NCBI GenBank assembly: GCA_963818475.1 | Contig: CAWFSF010000006.1 | Coordinates: forward strand, 1,856,001 to 1,920,000 | Origin: Nitrospirota bacterium | Lineage (GTDB): Bacteria; Nitrospirota; UBA9217 | DNA: 64,000 nucleotides | Direction of reading: 5' to 3' | Shown: positions 1 to 10,332 of the stretch, in pieces | Position numbering within the stretch: position 1 is the stretch's first letter | Layout of the letters: each line of letters begins with the position of its first letter | Position numbers and translations under genes: made by a program | The notes under the pieces: generated by a model | Seen by the model: the letters and a program-made list of their open reading frames with translations, nothing else | Databases searched by the model: none | What the model was told of the DNA's origin: nothing

Positions 1-1585
1 GCTGAGCACGGTGAAGCCCATGCCGATCAGGATCGCCGCATAGAGCGGGTCTCCTGCCATCTCCCCGCACATGGCCAGGGGGATGTTCGCCTCGCGGGCC
101 GCGTCGGACACCTTCTGGAGCAGGCGCAGAACGGCCGGGTCGAGCGGCTCGTACATATAGGCAACGTGCTCGTTCTGACGGTCGATGGCCAGCGTATACT
201 GGATCAGGTCGTTGGTGCCGACGCTGAAGAAATCGACCTCGGCAGCGAGCAGATCGGCGATCAGCGCCGCAGAGGGGATCTCGATCATCACGCCGATCGG
301 CATGTTCTCGTTAAAAGCCTTGCCCTCCGCACGCAGCTCCGCTTTCACGTCTGCGAGAATGGCCTTGGTCGCATACAGTTCGGGAAGGCCGGAGATCATG
401 GGGTACAGGATCTTTATATTCCCGTGGGCCGACGCCCGGAGGATGCCTTTGAGCTGGACCCTGAAAATGTCCTGTTTCTTGAGGCTGAACCGGATCGCCC
501 GCAGTCCCAGGGCGGGGTTCGATTCTTGTTCAAAACCCGTGGAGATCGCTATCTTGTCACCGCCGAGATCGAAGGTGCGGACCACGACCTCCTGGGGAAG
601 CGGCGCGTTCCGCAACCTGACGATAAGCCACATAGTGCTCTTCTTCCGTCGGCAGTGTCGAACGGTTCATGAACAGAAACTCGGTCCGGTACAGGCCGAT
701 GCCGTGGCCGCCGTGGTCTGCAACGGATGCGACCTCCTCGGGCAGTTCAATGTTCCCCTCAAGCAGCACGACCTGGCCATCGAGGGTCTCAGCCGGCAGG
801 TCCTTGATGCTCTCAAGCTCCTGCTCGAAGTATTTATAGCGCCGTTGTTTCTTAAGATAGTCGAGGAAGGTTTCTTCGTCGGGATCAATGATGACCACGC
901 CGTGGATGCCGTCCAGGATCACGACATCGCCGGTCTTGACCGCCGCCGTGATGTTCTCGAGACCCACGGCAGCAGGGATCCCCATGGAACGTGCAAGGAT
1001 CGCCGTGTGCGAGGTCCGGCTCCCGGCATCGGTAGCGAACCCCAGGATCTTGTCCTTGCGCATCATGAGGGTGTCCGAAGGGGCCAGATCATGCGCAATG
1101 ATCACGGCCTCACCCTTGATATCGGCCAGACTCTCCTGCTTGTGGCCCACAAGGTTCCGCAGGATGCGCTCGCCGACCTGCTCCACATCGTGTTTGCGCT
1201 CGCGCAGATACTCATCCTCGATCGTATCGAACTTGAGGCTGATCGCCTCGATCGTCTCTTTCAGCGCCCCTTCGGCATTCAGACGGGTTTCCTTGATGCG
1301 CTTGACCGTGCCGTCAACGAGCATCTTGTCCTCGAGCAGCATGATATGCGTGTCGAGGATATAGAGATGGGACTTTCCTATCCCCTTGGTAAGACGCTTT
1401 TTCAGGTCCTCAAGCTGGCTTTTCGAAAGCTCCACCGCCCGCTTGAAGCGCGCCACCTCATCCTTGACGCTGACTTCCTCGATCCGCTGCCCGGCCACCA
1501 CCACTTTGCGCCGATCGAGAAGATATGCGCGCCCGATCACAATGCCCGGTGAGGCCATGATGCCTCTGAACACTTTCTCGTGCAT
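1..1585 (-). CDS. ptsI: PTS enzyme I (PEP-protein phosphotransferase), 3' end runs off window; frameshift near 597
   Basis: SRTSHTAIL phospho-His motif, IGLYRTEF; another frame continues RTFDLGGDK...MCGEMAGDP to position 1. Confidence 0.93.
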
Positions 1586-1639
1586 TACCGATTTCCTGTC
1601 TTCCCGGCCCGACGGTTCCCTTTTTCATTTTCTGCGCCT

Positions 1640-1912
1640 TTATTCCTTTTCGCCGAACTTGTCCTTAAACAGCTGTTCGAGCCCCAAGAGCGCCCGCTCT
1701 TCATCGTCACCGTGCACTTCAACGACGACGCTGCTTCCTTTTCCGGCAGCAAGCATCATGATCCCCATGATGCTTTTCCCGTCAACGTCGAGGCCATCCT
1801 TGGTCAACGTTATTTTGGAAGCATAAGCGCTTGCCGATTTTACGATCTGGGCAGCGGCACGCGCATGCAGGCCGAGCCTGTTCTCGATCATCAATTCCTT
1901 CTTTTTCATCAA
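1640..1912 (-). CDS. ptsH: Phosphocarrier protein HPr
   Basis: GLHARAA (His15) and DGKSIMG (Ser46) motifs, 90 aa. Confidence 0.95.
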   Translation of the reverse strand: MMKKKELMIENRLGLHARAAAQIVKSASAYASKITLTKDGLDVDGKSIMGIMMLAAGKGSSVVVEVHGDDEERALLGLEQLFKDKFGEKE

Positions 1913-2694
1913 ACCACTCCTGCATATGCAAGGGCAAGGCAGAACACGGCCAGGCCGAGCATGAGTTTTATGGGAGAGCCGCCTCTCCGCAGAACAGCAA
2001 CGAGGACCAGGGTGCTTGTCAGCGCAGCAACGGCGACAACCGGTCCGGGCAGCGGCAGGTTGGCGCCGAACTCCGGCCGCCAGCCGGAGGCAGTGGCGAG
2101 GACCCCTCCCAGGACCGCAAGGGAGATCGCTTTGAACAGCCGTGTCATCCTCGTAAAACGGTACCGTTCCATCAGTGCCATGGCGTCGCCGCTGCTGTGA
2201 TATCCTCTGAACAACACGCTCAGCCTGAGCCCCACGTGCCAGAGGTTATAGAGCACCAGGAAAAGGATCGGCGCCCACCAGATCCCGACCATGACCAGTG
2301 CCACGGCGATCACGGCTGCCAGCGGCTTCAGCGCACCCCAGAAAAAACTGTCTCCCAGCGCTCCCAGCGGCGCCATCAATGCGGCTTTCAGCCCGGCGGT
2401 ATCGCTGGCCGCTGAAGCACGCCCCGCCGCCCGCTCCTCTTCCAGCCTCACGACCGCGCCGAGAATGAACGCCGCGAGATAGGGCTGGGTGTTGAAATAC
2501 TCCATGTGCAGCCGCAGCCTCGCCTCGAACTCTGCGCGGTCAGGATAGAGCTTCTTCAGAACCGGCGCCAGGGAGTAGGAAAAACCGAGCGCCTGCATCC
2601 CGTCGTAGCTCCATGACGCCTGGATCAGCAACGACCGCCAGAATACCGTGAGCAGATCGCCGGTCCCGATGGAACGCTTATAGTCGATGTTCAC
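1909..2694 (-). CDS. PTS mannose/fructose/sorbose family IID component
   Basis: QASWSYDGMQ, FNTQPY, PLGALGDSFFW motifs. Confidence 0.9.
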   Translation of the reverse strand: MNIDYKRSIGTGDLLTVFWRSLLIQASWSYDGMQALGFSYSLAPVLKKLYPDRAEFEARLRLHMEYFNTQPYLAAFILGAVVRLEEERAAGRASAASDTAGLKAALMAPLGALGDSFFWGALKPLAAVIAVALVMVGIWWAPILFLVLYNLWHVGLRLSVLFRGYHSSGDAMALMERYRFTRMTRLFKAISLAVLGGVLATASGWRPEFGANLPLPGPVVAVAALTSTLVLVAVLRRGGSPIKLMLGLAVFCLALAYAGVV

Positions 2695-3451
2695 GGTATC
2701 GCACTCCCAGCCAGCCCGACACTGCCGTCAGCAGCGTGATAATCAGCGAATGAATATGAAGCACCAGCGTTGCCAAACCTGCCGTAATAAAGCCCATGAG
2801 CAAAAAAGGGTCCAGGGAACTGATCGACAGCCGGCGCACGACAAGAGCAGCGCCGAGCAGCGGAAGGAGCTTCAGGAACAGTTCCATGGCGATCTGAACC
2901 GTGGCAGGCGTCCGCATAAAAAGGGCTGCCGCAACAAGTCCTGCCGGCAGGAGCAGAACATAGAGAAGCACTGATTTCAGAAAGAATGTGCAGAGCCCCG
3001 TCAGGTGCGCCCGGGAAAGGCTGCGCGCGGCGTCGGCGCCGGCATGCGCCGCATCAACAAGCCGGGAATTCCAGCTCCGCACGTAGGCATCAGCCATCAT
3101 GGTGAACGGCACCGTACCCACGCTCAGAAGAATACTGAATCCGATGATCGAACGGGGCGCCCCGCCGGGGCACGTCAGGGCCGCTACTGCCGTCGCTGTT
3201 ACGGCGCTGACCGTCGCATCAGCCGGTACAAAGCTGCCGACCGGCATATCGAGCACCCATATGAGCTCAAGCATGGCGCCGATGATCAGCCCGGCGGCGG
3301 CATCCCCAAGGAGCCACCCGGCGAGCGGCGCGGCAACAATAGGCTGCGAGATCATGAACTGCCCTGCTGCGGTCCTGTCGAGGCCGATAAGACCGCCGAC
3401 AAGGGCAACGCCGGTTATGGCAAGCACCATATGAAGATCGAACATCGCCAT
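2678..3451 (-). CDS. PTS mannose/fructose/sorbose family IIC component
   Basis: Hydrophobic; LDR...QPIV...GAMLELIW...P.G motif; lies between IIB and IID. Confidence 0.88.
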   Translation of the reverse strand: MAMFDLHMVLAITGVALVGGLIGLDRTAAGQFMISQPIVAAPLAGWLLGDAAAGLIIGAMLELIWVLDMPVGSFVPADATVSAVTATAVAALTCPGGAPRSIIGFSILLSVGTVPFTMMADAYVRSWNSRLVDAAHAGADAARSLSRAHLTGLCTFFLKSVLLYVLLLPAGLVAAALFMRTPATVQIAMELFLKLLPLLGAALVVRRLSISSLDPFLLMGFITAGLATLVLHIHSLIITLLTAVSGWLGVRYREHRL

Positions 3452-3504
3452 CCTTATCAAGAAACGGTCAAAGCGCCTGCCCCATCATGCTATAAAAGAC
3501 GGTT

Positions 3505-3635
3505 AGCCGCATAAAGCACATAAATCACATAGACAAAACAATAAGTGGAAACGATTAAAGTTGTCACCAAATCGGTAAAGGATTCCAAAAACACCTACGT
3601 TTGATTTTTTTGAGCATTCTGTGCATTTTGTGGCT
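3505..3635. repeat. 9-nt-periodic inverted-repeat element between PTS IIB and IIC
   Basis: Left arm AGCCGCATAAAGCACATAAATCACATAG; reverse complement of right arm AGCCACAAAATGCACAGAATGCTCAAAA. Confidence 0.7.
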
Positions 3636-3680
3636 CAACTGCTCGATCTAAGATTATTCCTTCGTCAGTTATCCCATCCT

Positions 3681-4166
3681 TCAGCTCAGGCTGCCGGCCT
3701 CGAACACCTTGGCGAGCTGCAGCGGTTTTTCGTTCGGCACTGACTGGATGCAGACCGTGATGCCGCGGGCCATGATAGCCCGGAGAGACGCGATATCGGC
3801 ATCGTCCACGGAAAGGACATCCCGGAGCCTGCGCTTCCCGGGAACATAGTGCATCCCTCCCAGATTGATCGTCTGGCACAGCAGGCCGTACTTAAGCGCC
3901 TGCAGAACATCCGTCGGATTAGAGAACAGCAGGATCGCCCGCTCGTTTTTTCCCGCAGCACGTATCTGGCTGCAGATTTCTTCGACGCCGCCGATCGTGA
4001 CCGTGAGCCCCTGCGGCACGGCAATCTCCATGATTGAGCGTTGAAGCGCATTGGCCGCTACGCGGTCGTCGGCAACGAGGATCCGGGTCGCCTTCAGGTA
4101 GTGAACCCACCCTTCTACGACCTGGCCGTGGATCAGACGATCGTCTATGCGGACGAAGAGCACCAT
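3681..4166 (-). CDS. PTS mannose/sorbose family IIB component
   Basis: RIDDRLIHGQV signature. Confidence 0.93.
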   Translation of the reverse strand: MVLFVRIDDRLIHGQVVEGWVHYLKATRILVADDRVAANALQRSIMEIAVPQGLTVTIGGVEEICSQIRAAGKNERAILLFSNPTDVLQALKYGLLCQTINLGGMHYVPGKRRLRDVLSVDDADIASLRAIMARGITVCIQSVPNEKPLQLAKVFEAGSLS

Positions 4167-4172
4167 GACCTG

Positions 4173-4574
4173 CTACTTTTTCCCCTTCAGCATCTGGCTC
4201 GCGATCACCACGCTTTTCTGCGCCGCCTCCTGAACGAGCCTGGCCAGCTCGGCCAGCGGTTTTTCGTCGCGGTGATTGGCGAACTTGATCATCATCGAAA
4301 GATTGACCCCGGTAACCACCTCGACCGTGTCGCCCAGGAATGCCAGGGCGATATTGGAAGGCGTGCCGCCGAACATATCGGTAAAGAGCATGACGCCTTT
4401 TTTCCCGTCAACTTTTTTGATCGCGCCCTCGATCTCCGCCCGGAGCATTTCGGGCGCACTGTCCTGCTTCACACTGACCGTTGCCACTGCCCCAATTTTC
4501 CCCACGATCATTTCAGCGGCCTTCACCAGCTCTACGCCCATATCCTCATGACATACCACCACCAGTCCGACCAT
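4173..4574 (-). CDS. PTS mannose family IIA component
   Basis: VVVCH, TDMFGGTPSN, VTGVNL motifs. Confidence 0.92.
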   Translation of the reverse strand: MVGLVVVCHEDMGVELVKAAEMIVGKIGAVATVSVKQDSAPEMLRAEIEGAIKKVDGKKGVMLFTDMFGGTPSNIALAFLGDTVEVVTGVNLSMMIKFANHRDEKPLAELARLVQEAAQKSVVIASQMLKGKK

Positions 4575-4627
4575 GTTCACCTCTCCTTTCAACCGCGGTG
4601 CTCAATAGCGACGCCGCGATCGATCAA

Positions 4628-5491
4628 CTATGCGCCGATATCGCGATGTTTCACGGTGACATCGTATCCTTGCTGCCGGAGCTGTTCCGCCACCAGCAGC
4701 GACAGGGTGACGGAACGGTGTCTGCCGCCGGTACAGCCGAACCCGATCGTAAGATAGCTTTTCCCTTCGCTTTTATAGCGCGGCAACAGATACGTGAGGA
4801 ACCCCAGGAGCCGGGAGAGAAACTCCTCGGAACCCGGCTGCTCCATAACATAGGCCCGCACCCCCGCATCCTCGCCCGTATGGGGCCGCAGTTCGGGAAT
4901 AAAATGGGGATTGGGAAGAAAGCGCAGGTCAAACATCAGGTCGAGGTCAAAGGGAACCCCGAACTTGTACCCGAAGGTGACGATGGTGATCACCATCGGA
5001 CGGCCGGCAGTGCCCTCGGCATACAGCCGCTCAACGGCCTGCCGCAGGTCATGGACCGTATAGTCCGAAGTGTCGATGACACGGTCGGCAAGCTTCCTGA
5101 CCTCGCCCAGTTCCGACCGCTCCCTCCTGATGCCGTCGATGAGCGGCGTAACGCCCCGCGCCAGTGGATGAGGCCGCCGCGTCTCGCTGAAGCGACGCAC
5201 CAGCGTCTGGTTCGAAGCATCCAGGAACAGCATTTCTATGGCACGGCCGCCTGCACGCAGTTCCGCGAACAGCGCCGGGAACCTGCTGGGGAAATCCTTT
5301 TCCCTGACATCAATGCCGATGGCGGACAGGTAGGCATCCTCCGTGCTCCGGGAAAAATCGGCGAATGCCGTCAGCAAGGACAGGGGAAGGTTGTCGACAC
5401 AATAATATCCCATGTCCTCGAACGCCTTCAATGCGGCGCTTCGCCCCGAACCGGAGAGACCCGTCACCACGACCATGCGCATCTGCGTCAT
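4628..5491 (-). CDS. rapZ: RNase adapter RapZ
   Basis: TGLSGSGRS, CVDNLP, RFLPNP, GCTGGRHRSV. Confidence 0.93.
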   Translation of the reverse strand: MTQMRMVVVTGLSGSGRSAALKAFEDMGYYCVDNLPLSLLTAFADFSRSTEDAYLSAIGIDVREKDFPSRFPALFAELRAGGRAIEMLFLDASNQTLVRRFSETRRPHPLARGVTPLIDGIRRERSELGEVRKLADRVIDTSDYTVHDLRQAVERLYAEGTAGRPMVITIVTFGYKFGVPFDLDLMFDLRFLPNPHFIPELRPHTGEDAGVRAYVMEQPGSEEFLSRLLGFLTYLLPRYKSEGKSYLTIGFGCTGGRHRSVTLSLLVAEQLRQQGYDVTVKHRDIGA

Positions 5492-6372
5492 CCCGCCAGC
5501 CTCTTTTTCAATGCTCTGTCAAGCTCACGCGCCGTGAATATACCGCGGTTCTTCAGCATCTGGTTCCGTGCGGCCACTTCAATAAGCGTAGCCATGTTCC
5601 TGCCGGGTTTGACCGGCAGCTTCAGGTAGGGAACATTCAAACCAAGGATCCGGTACCGGCGTTCGCGCAGGCCCACAAGGCTGTAGTGATGCCCCTCTTT
5701 CCACTCTTCCAGCTCCACCACCAGCCCGACCCGGCAGGACGGCACGGTGGCCGACTCGCCGTAGAGCGCCCGGACATTGATGATGCCCAGACCCCTGATC
5801 TGCAGCAGGTCCTCGCCCATCTCCGGCGCCCTGCCCTCAATCGTACCATCGACCCGGTCAAGGAGCACCAGGTCATCTGCAGCGAGCTTATGCCCCCGCA
5901 GGACAAGATCGAGGGCCGCTTCGCTCTTGCCGATGGCGCTTTCGCCGATGAGCAGGGTACCGAGACCGAAGATCTGGACCAGGACGCCGTGAAGGCTCAC
6001 ACGCTGCATCAGTTTGCGGGAAAGGAGGTGGGCCAGCTTTTGCAGGTCTCTGCTCATGAACACCGGGACACCGGCATGTTCGGCGCCGGCCAGAAGCTCC
6101 GGGCAGGAAGCGCCTCCGGTCAGCACGATGCCAGCCGGTCGCTGCCGCATCAGGGTCCGGACAAGCCGCGTCCGTTCGAGCTTCGGCAGTGAACACAGGA
6201 AGGCGGACTGACTCGGAGGAAGGTGAAGAAGGCTCGACGCCATCCCCTTCACGGTCGAGATCGAAGAGAGTACGGGACTGAGGACCTGCGGAGACGTTAC
6301 TTCCCGGTCGAGCCCGCAGCTCCCAGCGAGCACTTTTGACCGTCCCACCAGGTTTTTAACCGTGATCGTCAT
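5488..6372 (-). CDS. hprK: HPr kinase/phosphorylase
   Basis: HGVLV, GESAIGKSE Walker A, AADD, IRGLGII, PGRN..IEVAA. Confidence 0.9.
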   Translation of the reverse strand: MTITVKNLVGRSKVLAGSCGLDREVTSPQVLSPVLSSISTVKGMASSLLHLPPSQSAFLCSLPKLERTRLVRTLMRQRPAGIVLTGGASCPELLAGAEHAGVPVFMSRDLQKLAHLLSRKLMQRVSLHGVLVQIFGLGTLLIGESAIGKSEAALDLVLRGHKLAADDLVLLDRVDGTIEGRAPEMGEDLLQIRGLGIINVRALYGESATVPSCRVGLVVELEEWKEGHHYSLVGLRERRYRILGLNVPYLKLPVKPGRNMATLIEVAARNQMLKNRGIFTARELDRALKKRLAG

Positions 6373-6839
6373 TTTTGCGGGTACTTGCTGTCCTCTTCAA
6401 GGATCAGTTGATGCAGCTCCCGGCCGTCGGCGGTACGCAGCTTCTCACGCAAGGCCGGATTCTTGAGAATACGTGATATGCGAGCCAGCATTTTCAGATG
6501 CTCTCCCGGACTGTTGTCCGGCGTGATCAGCAGAAAGAAAAGGTATGCTGGCTTGTCATCCAGCGACTGATAGTCAACACCCCGGTGCGACCTTCCGAAA
6601 GCAACGACAATACCATCCATATCATGCAGTTTGCCGTGCGGGATGGCCACGCCATCGCCGATTCCCGTGCTGCCCATCGATTCGCGTTCCATAAGCACGC
6701 GCGCCAGTTCGTCGGCATCACGTACCTTGCCGGTGGCGGACACCTGAGCTGCAAATTCACGGATCACCCCAGCCTTGTCAATGGCCTTGATGTCCGCGAT
6801 TATCAGGTCTCCTCGCAGAAGATCCTTCAGTGTGGCCAT
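6369..6839 (-). CDS. ptsN: PTS IIA-Ntr
   Basis: RE.MGSTGIGDGVAIPH motif; downstream of hpf. Confidence 0.88.
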   Translation of the reverse strand: MATLKDLLRGDLIIADIKAIDKAGVIREFAAQVSATGKVRDADELARVLMERESMGSTGIGDGVAIPHGKLHDMDGIVVAFGRSHRGVDYQSLDDKPAYLFFLLITPDNSPGEHLKMLARISRILKNPALREKLRTADGRELHQLILEEDSKYPQK

Positions 6840-6847
6840 CGTTTCCT

Positions 6848-7369
6848 CTACACAGCAGGTTCGATAAGCCCCACGTTGCCGTCCTTGCGACGGTAGATAA
6901 CGGTAATATGTCCGCTCGCTGCATTGGAGAACACAAAGAACTCCTTATCGAGCAGGTCCATCTGCATCACCGCTTCTTCAGCGTGCATGGGTTTCAGGTC
7001 GAACCGCTTCGTCTTGATGATCTGGGGGATCCGATCGTCGGGATGTGCAGCCTCAACAGGTTCCGTCTTGGTCTGATGCTTATGGTCGACCAGTTTTTCC
7101 TTGTATTTCCGGATCCGCTTCTCGAGCTTCTCGATAAGCAGGTCGATCGAGGAATACATTTCCTCGGTTTCTTCGTGGGCCTGAACCAGCAATCCATCGG
7201 TCTTGAGCATTGCTTCGGCAATGTGATGCACCTTTTTTACGACCGACAGCGTGACCGTAACCTGAATGTTCTTCGGCAAATATTTCTCGAGTTTACCGAA
7301 CTTGTCGACCGCATACTGTTTGAGCGCATCCGTAACGTCCATGTGTCTTCCAATAACCGTAATCTGCAT
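6848..7369 (-). CDS. hpf: Long-form ribosome hibernation promoting factor
   Basis: MQITVIGRHMDVTDAL N-terminus; KPM..EEAVMQM...IYRRKDG C-terminal domain. Confidence 0.92.
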   Translation of the reverse strand: MQITVIGRHMDVTDALKQYAVDKFGKLEKYLPKNIQVTVTLSVVKKVHHIAEAMLKTDGLLVQAHEETEEMYSSIDLLIEKLEKRIRKYKEKLVDHKHQTKTEPVEAAHPDDRIPQIIKTKRFDLKPMHAEEAVMQMDLLDKEFFVFSNAASGHITVIYRRKDGNVGLIEPAV

Positions 7370-7422
7370 ATGCTCCTCCTTCAAAAGGTGTGTGATCACA
7401 CCGGTAGTCTCTGGTACTGTTG

Positions 7423-8886
7423 TCAGCTGAGCCGCTTCCGCACACTGGTTGGCGGAATCCGGAGCTCTTCACGATATTTAGCCACGGTTCGTCGTGCGAT
7501 ATCGATGCCGCGGGCTTTCAGGACATCGACGATCTGCTGGTCCTTCAGCGGCGCAGCCGGATCCTCTTCCTTGACCATCTTCTGAATAACATCCTTGACC
7601 GTCAGGGACGAGACCTCTGCACCGGTGCCGTCTGCAAAGCCGGTGGTAAAGAAGAATTTCATCGGGAAGATGCCCTGCGGCGTATGCATATGTTTGCTGG
7701 TCGTCACCCGGCTGATCGTGGACTCATGCATGGCAATGTCCTCCGCCACGTCTTTGAGCACCATGGGCTTCAACTGCGAGATTCCCTGATCAAGGAACTC
7801 CAGCTGGAACTTCACGATGCTTTCCGCAACCTTATAGATGGTCTTGTTCCGCTGCTCCATACCCTTGATGAGCCATTGGGCCGACCGCATCCGGTCCTCG
7901 ATATACTCTTTGGTCACTTTGTCGACGCTCTCCTTGCGGCTCAAAAGCTTCCGATAGTACGGATTGATCCTGACCCGCGGCAGCCCTTCGTCGTTCAGCT
8001 GGATCACATAGTGGTCTTCGATCTTGAACACATAGACATCGGGTACAACGTAATGGGTATCGGCTGCGACATAGGGCCGCCCTGGTTTCGGATCCAGATC
8101 ATGAATGATGATCTGGGCTGCCTCCATCACATCCTGGGTCGTGATGTTGAGCACCTTCGCAATATTCTGATAACGCCGCTTCTCAAGGTCTTCCAGGTGG
8201 CCCTGAACGATCTTTTCGACGATCGTCCCCTGCAGATCAAGCTGCTGGATCTGGATCAGCAGGCACTCCTGGAGCGTCCGGGCCGCTATCCCCAGCGGGT
8301 CGAAGCTCTGAATGAGTTCCAGTGCATGCGCCAGGTCGACCGGTGAAACCCCGGACTGCTGGGCCAGTTCTTCGAGCGGAGAGCGGAGGTAACCGTCGTC
8401 GTCGAGATTGCCGATGATCCACTCACCGCCCTTGATCAGCGAAGGTTCAGAGGTCGAGAGTCGAAGCTGCCATATCAGGTGATCGCTTAATGACGGGAGG
8501 CGGGTGAGCGTCTGATCGTAGGACGGCAGTTCCTTGTCATCAGCCTCGGCATTGCCGTAGTCGCGGCCGTCGCTCATTTCATTCAAATACTCGTCCCACT
8601 GAGGGCCGAGTTCGAGATCGCTCTTCAGTTCGCCGGTCACTTCAGGCTCGGGCGCGCTGTCCGGCAGCTTTTCCTGCGTCCCCTCCGGAGCTGCGTCGCC
8701 TTCTGTTTCACCGGCCTCGTCCGCAGCTTCCGGCGGCAGCTCCTCGAGGACCGGATTCTCCATGAGCTCCTGAGACACCGATTGCTGCAACTCGAGCCGG
8801 GACAACTGCAACAGCTTGATGGCCTGCTGCAGCTGCGGCGTCATGATGAGTTTTTGGGAAAGTTTTAGTTCAAGCCGTGCTTCCAT
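7423..8886 (-). CDS. rpoN: RNA polymerase sigma-54 factor
   Basis: TPQLQQAIKLLQL region I, HESTISR, RpoN box ARRTVAKYRE. Confidence 0.97.
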   Translation of the reverse strand: MEARLELKLSQKLIMTPQLQQAIKLLQLSRLELQQSVSQELMENPVLEELPPEAADEAGETEGDAAPEGTQEKLPDSAPEPEVTGELKSDLELGPQWDEYLNEMSDGRDYGNAEADDKELPSYDQTLTRLPSLSDHLIWQLRLSTSEPSLIKGGEWIIGNLDDDGYLRSPLEELAQQSGVSPVDLAHALELIQSFDPLGIAARTLQECLLIQIQQLDLQGTIVEKIVQGHLEDLEKRRYQNIAKVLNITTQDVMEAAQIIIHDLDPKPGRPYVAADTHYVVPDVYVFKIEDHYVIQLNDEGLPRVRINPYYRKLLSRKESVDKVTKEYIEDRMRSAQWLIKGMEQRNKTIYKVAESIVKFQLEFLDQGISQLKPMVLKDVAEDIAMHESTISRVTTSKHMHTPQGIFPMKFFFTTGFADGTGAEVSSLTVKDVIQKMVKEEDPAAPLKDQQIVDVLKARGIDIARRTVAKYREELRIPPTSVRKRLS

Positions 8887-9076
8887 AGTTCAGATGCGAG
8901 ATCCGCACGCTCTCCCTTTCAACAAGAGTAACTAAAATACAATCCTTCTCAACCTGAGCAGCGGCCATCAACTTTCTTTACACTGAACGGCGCCTGTTCA
9001 GTCTGGAGAATCCAGATATTCCAAGGGATTAGATCAGCTGTTGATCCGCTATCTTTCAGGGTTAGCGTCCTGCTTG

Positions 9077-9092
9077 TGCCGGGAGCGTGCCA
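9077..9092 (-). promoter_or_regulatory. Possible sigma-54 -24/-12 site upstream of rpoN
   Basis: Minus strand TGGCACG-CTCC-CGGCA: GG-N10-GC spacing correct, -12 element lacks the TT. Confidence 0.4.
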
Positions 9093-9096
9093 GATC

Positions 9097-9825
9097 CTAC
9101 AGTTTGAACGCTTCGCCCAGGTAGAACTGACGCACCCGCGGGCTTGCCATGATCTCGTCTGCGGTCCCTGCTTCAATGATCTTTCCGTCGTTGATGATAT
9201 AAGCACGGTCGGTAATGGCGAGCGTTTCACGGACATTATGATCGGTGATCAGAATACCAATCCCCTTGCTTTTCAACAGCGAGATGATCCCCTGGATATC
9301 CTGGACCGCCAGCGGATCGATGCCGGCAAAGGGCTCATCCAGCAGAATGAACTTCGGATCCAGGGTGAGCGCCCGGGCTATTTCCACCCGTCGCCGTTCT
9401 CCGCCGGAAAGCGTGTATGCCTTGCTGTCTGCCAGATGCGTAACTCCCAGTTCGTTCATCAGGCGGTCTCGGCGCTCATTCCGCTCCATCGCCGACAGGC
9501 CCAGCGTCTCGAGCACGGCGGTAAGGTTCTCGGCCACCGTCAGTTTTCTGAACACCGATGGTTCCTGGGGCAGGTACCCGATTCCCTTCCGTGCGCGCTG
9601 GTACATCGGCATCTGCGTGATGTCGGTTCCGTCCAGCACGACCCGGCCCTGGTCCGGCCTGACCAGGCCCACGACCATGTAGAAAGTCGTAGTCTTGCCT
9701 GCTCCATTCGGCCCGAGCAGACCCACGACCTCACCGTATCGCACCTGGAGGCTGACGCCTCTGACGATCTTCCTTCCCCGGTAGTCCTTCTCTAGTTTTT
9801 TCGCCTCGAGTGCCTGCATGATCAT
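9097..9825 (-). CDS. lptB: LPS export ABC ATPase
   Basis: [35 protein letters not shown]. Confidence 0.95.
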   Translation of the reverse strand: MIMQALEAKKLEKDYRGRKIVRGVSLQVRYGEVVGLLGPNGAGKTTTFYMVVGLVRPDQGRVVLDGTDITQMPMYQRARKGIGYLPQEPSVFRKLTVAENLTAVLETLGLSAMERNERRDRLMNELGVTHLADSKAYTLSGGERRRVEIARALTLDPKFILLDEPFAGIDPLAVQDIQGIISLLKSKGIGILITDHNVRETLAITDRAYIINDGKIIEAGTADEIMASPRVRQFYLGEAFKL

Positions 9826-9834
9826 TTCGACGGG

Positions 9835-10332
9835 CTACCGGCCCCGCTTTTTCTCCGGTTGTTTCTCCTGGTAGAACAGGACGTTGCCGCCCTCTACAAT
9901 GCTGCGATCATCACGCATGAACAGGGTTATCCGCTCCCCGCCCAGCTGATTGTCATTTTCGATGATGCGCGCATCGCCGGTCAGCACGATCTTTTCCTCT
10001 TTGCTGTAATACAGCGCCCGGTTGGCAAACGCGGTCCGCCCTTCCTTGCGCACGATCACATTGCCCAAGGCCTCGATCTCCCTGATGCCCCGGGTCCCGG
10101 AGTCATAGAAAACGGTTACCGTATCCGAGTTGAGCGTCATGGTCTCTTTTTTGAGGGTCACTTCTCCGGAAAAGATGACGCGTTCTCCAAGCTTGTCGGC
10201 TTTCATGTGGGCCGAGGTGACCACGATCGGCTCTCGTTTAAGCTCAAGCTTGCGCGCTTCATCAGGCGCAGCGGCCGTCAGCATCATCGCAGCAGCGACA
10301 AGCAGGCTACTCCTGAAGCACTGCTTTAACAT
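9835..10332 (-). CDS. lptA: LPS transport periplasmic protein (OstA/LptA)
   Basis: Signal peptide, beta-jellyroll pattern (F.G.V..., A.GNV, I.LTG.A), position between lptC and lptB. Confidence 0.85.
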   Translation of the reverse strand: MLKQCFRSSLLVAAAMMLTAAAPDEARKLELKREPIVVTSAHMKADKLGERVIFSGEVTLKKETMTLNSDTVTVFYDSGTRGIREIEALGNVIVRKEGRTAFANRALYYSKEEKIVLTGDARIIENDNQLGGERITLFMRDDRSIVEGGNVLFYQEKQPEKKRGR

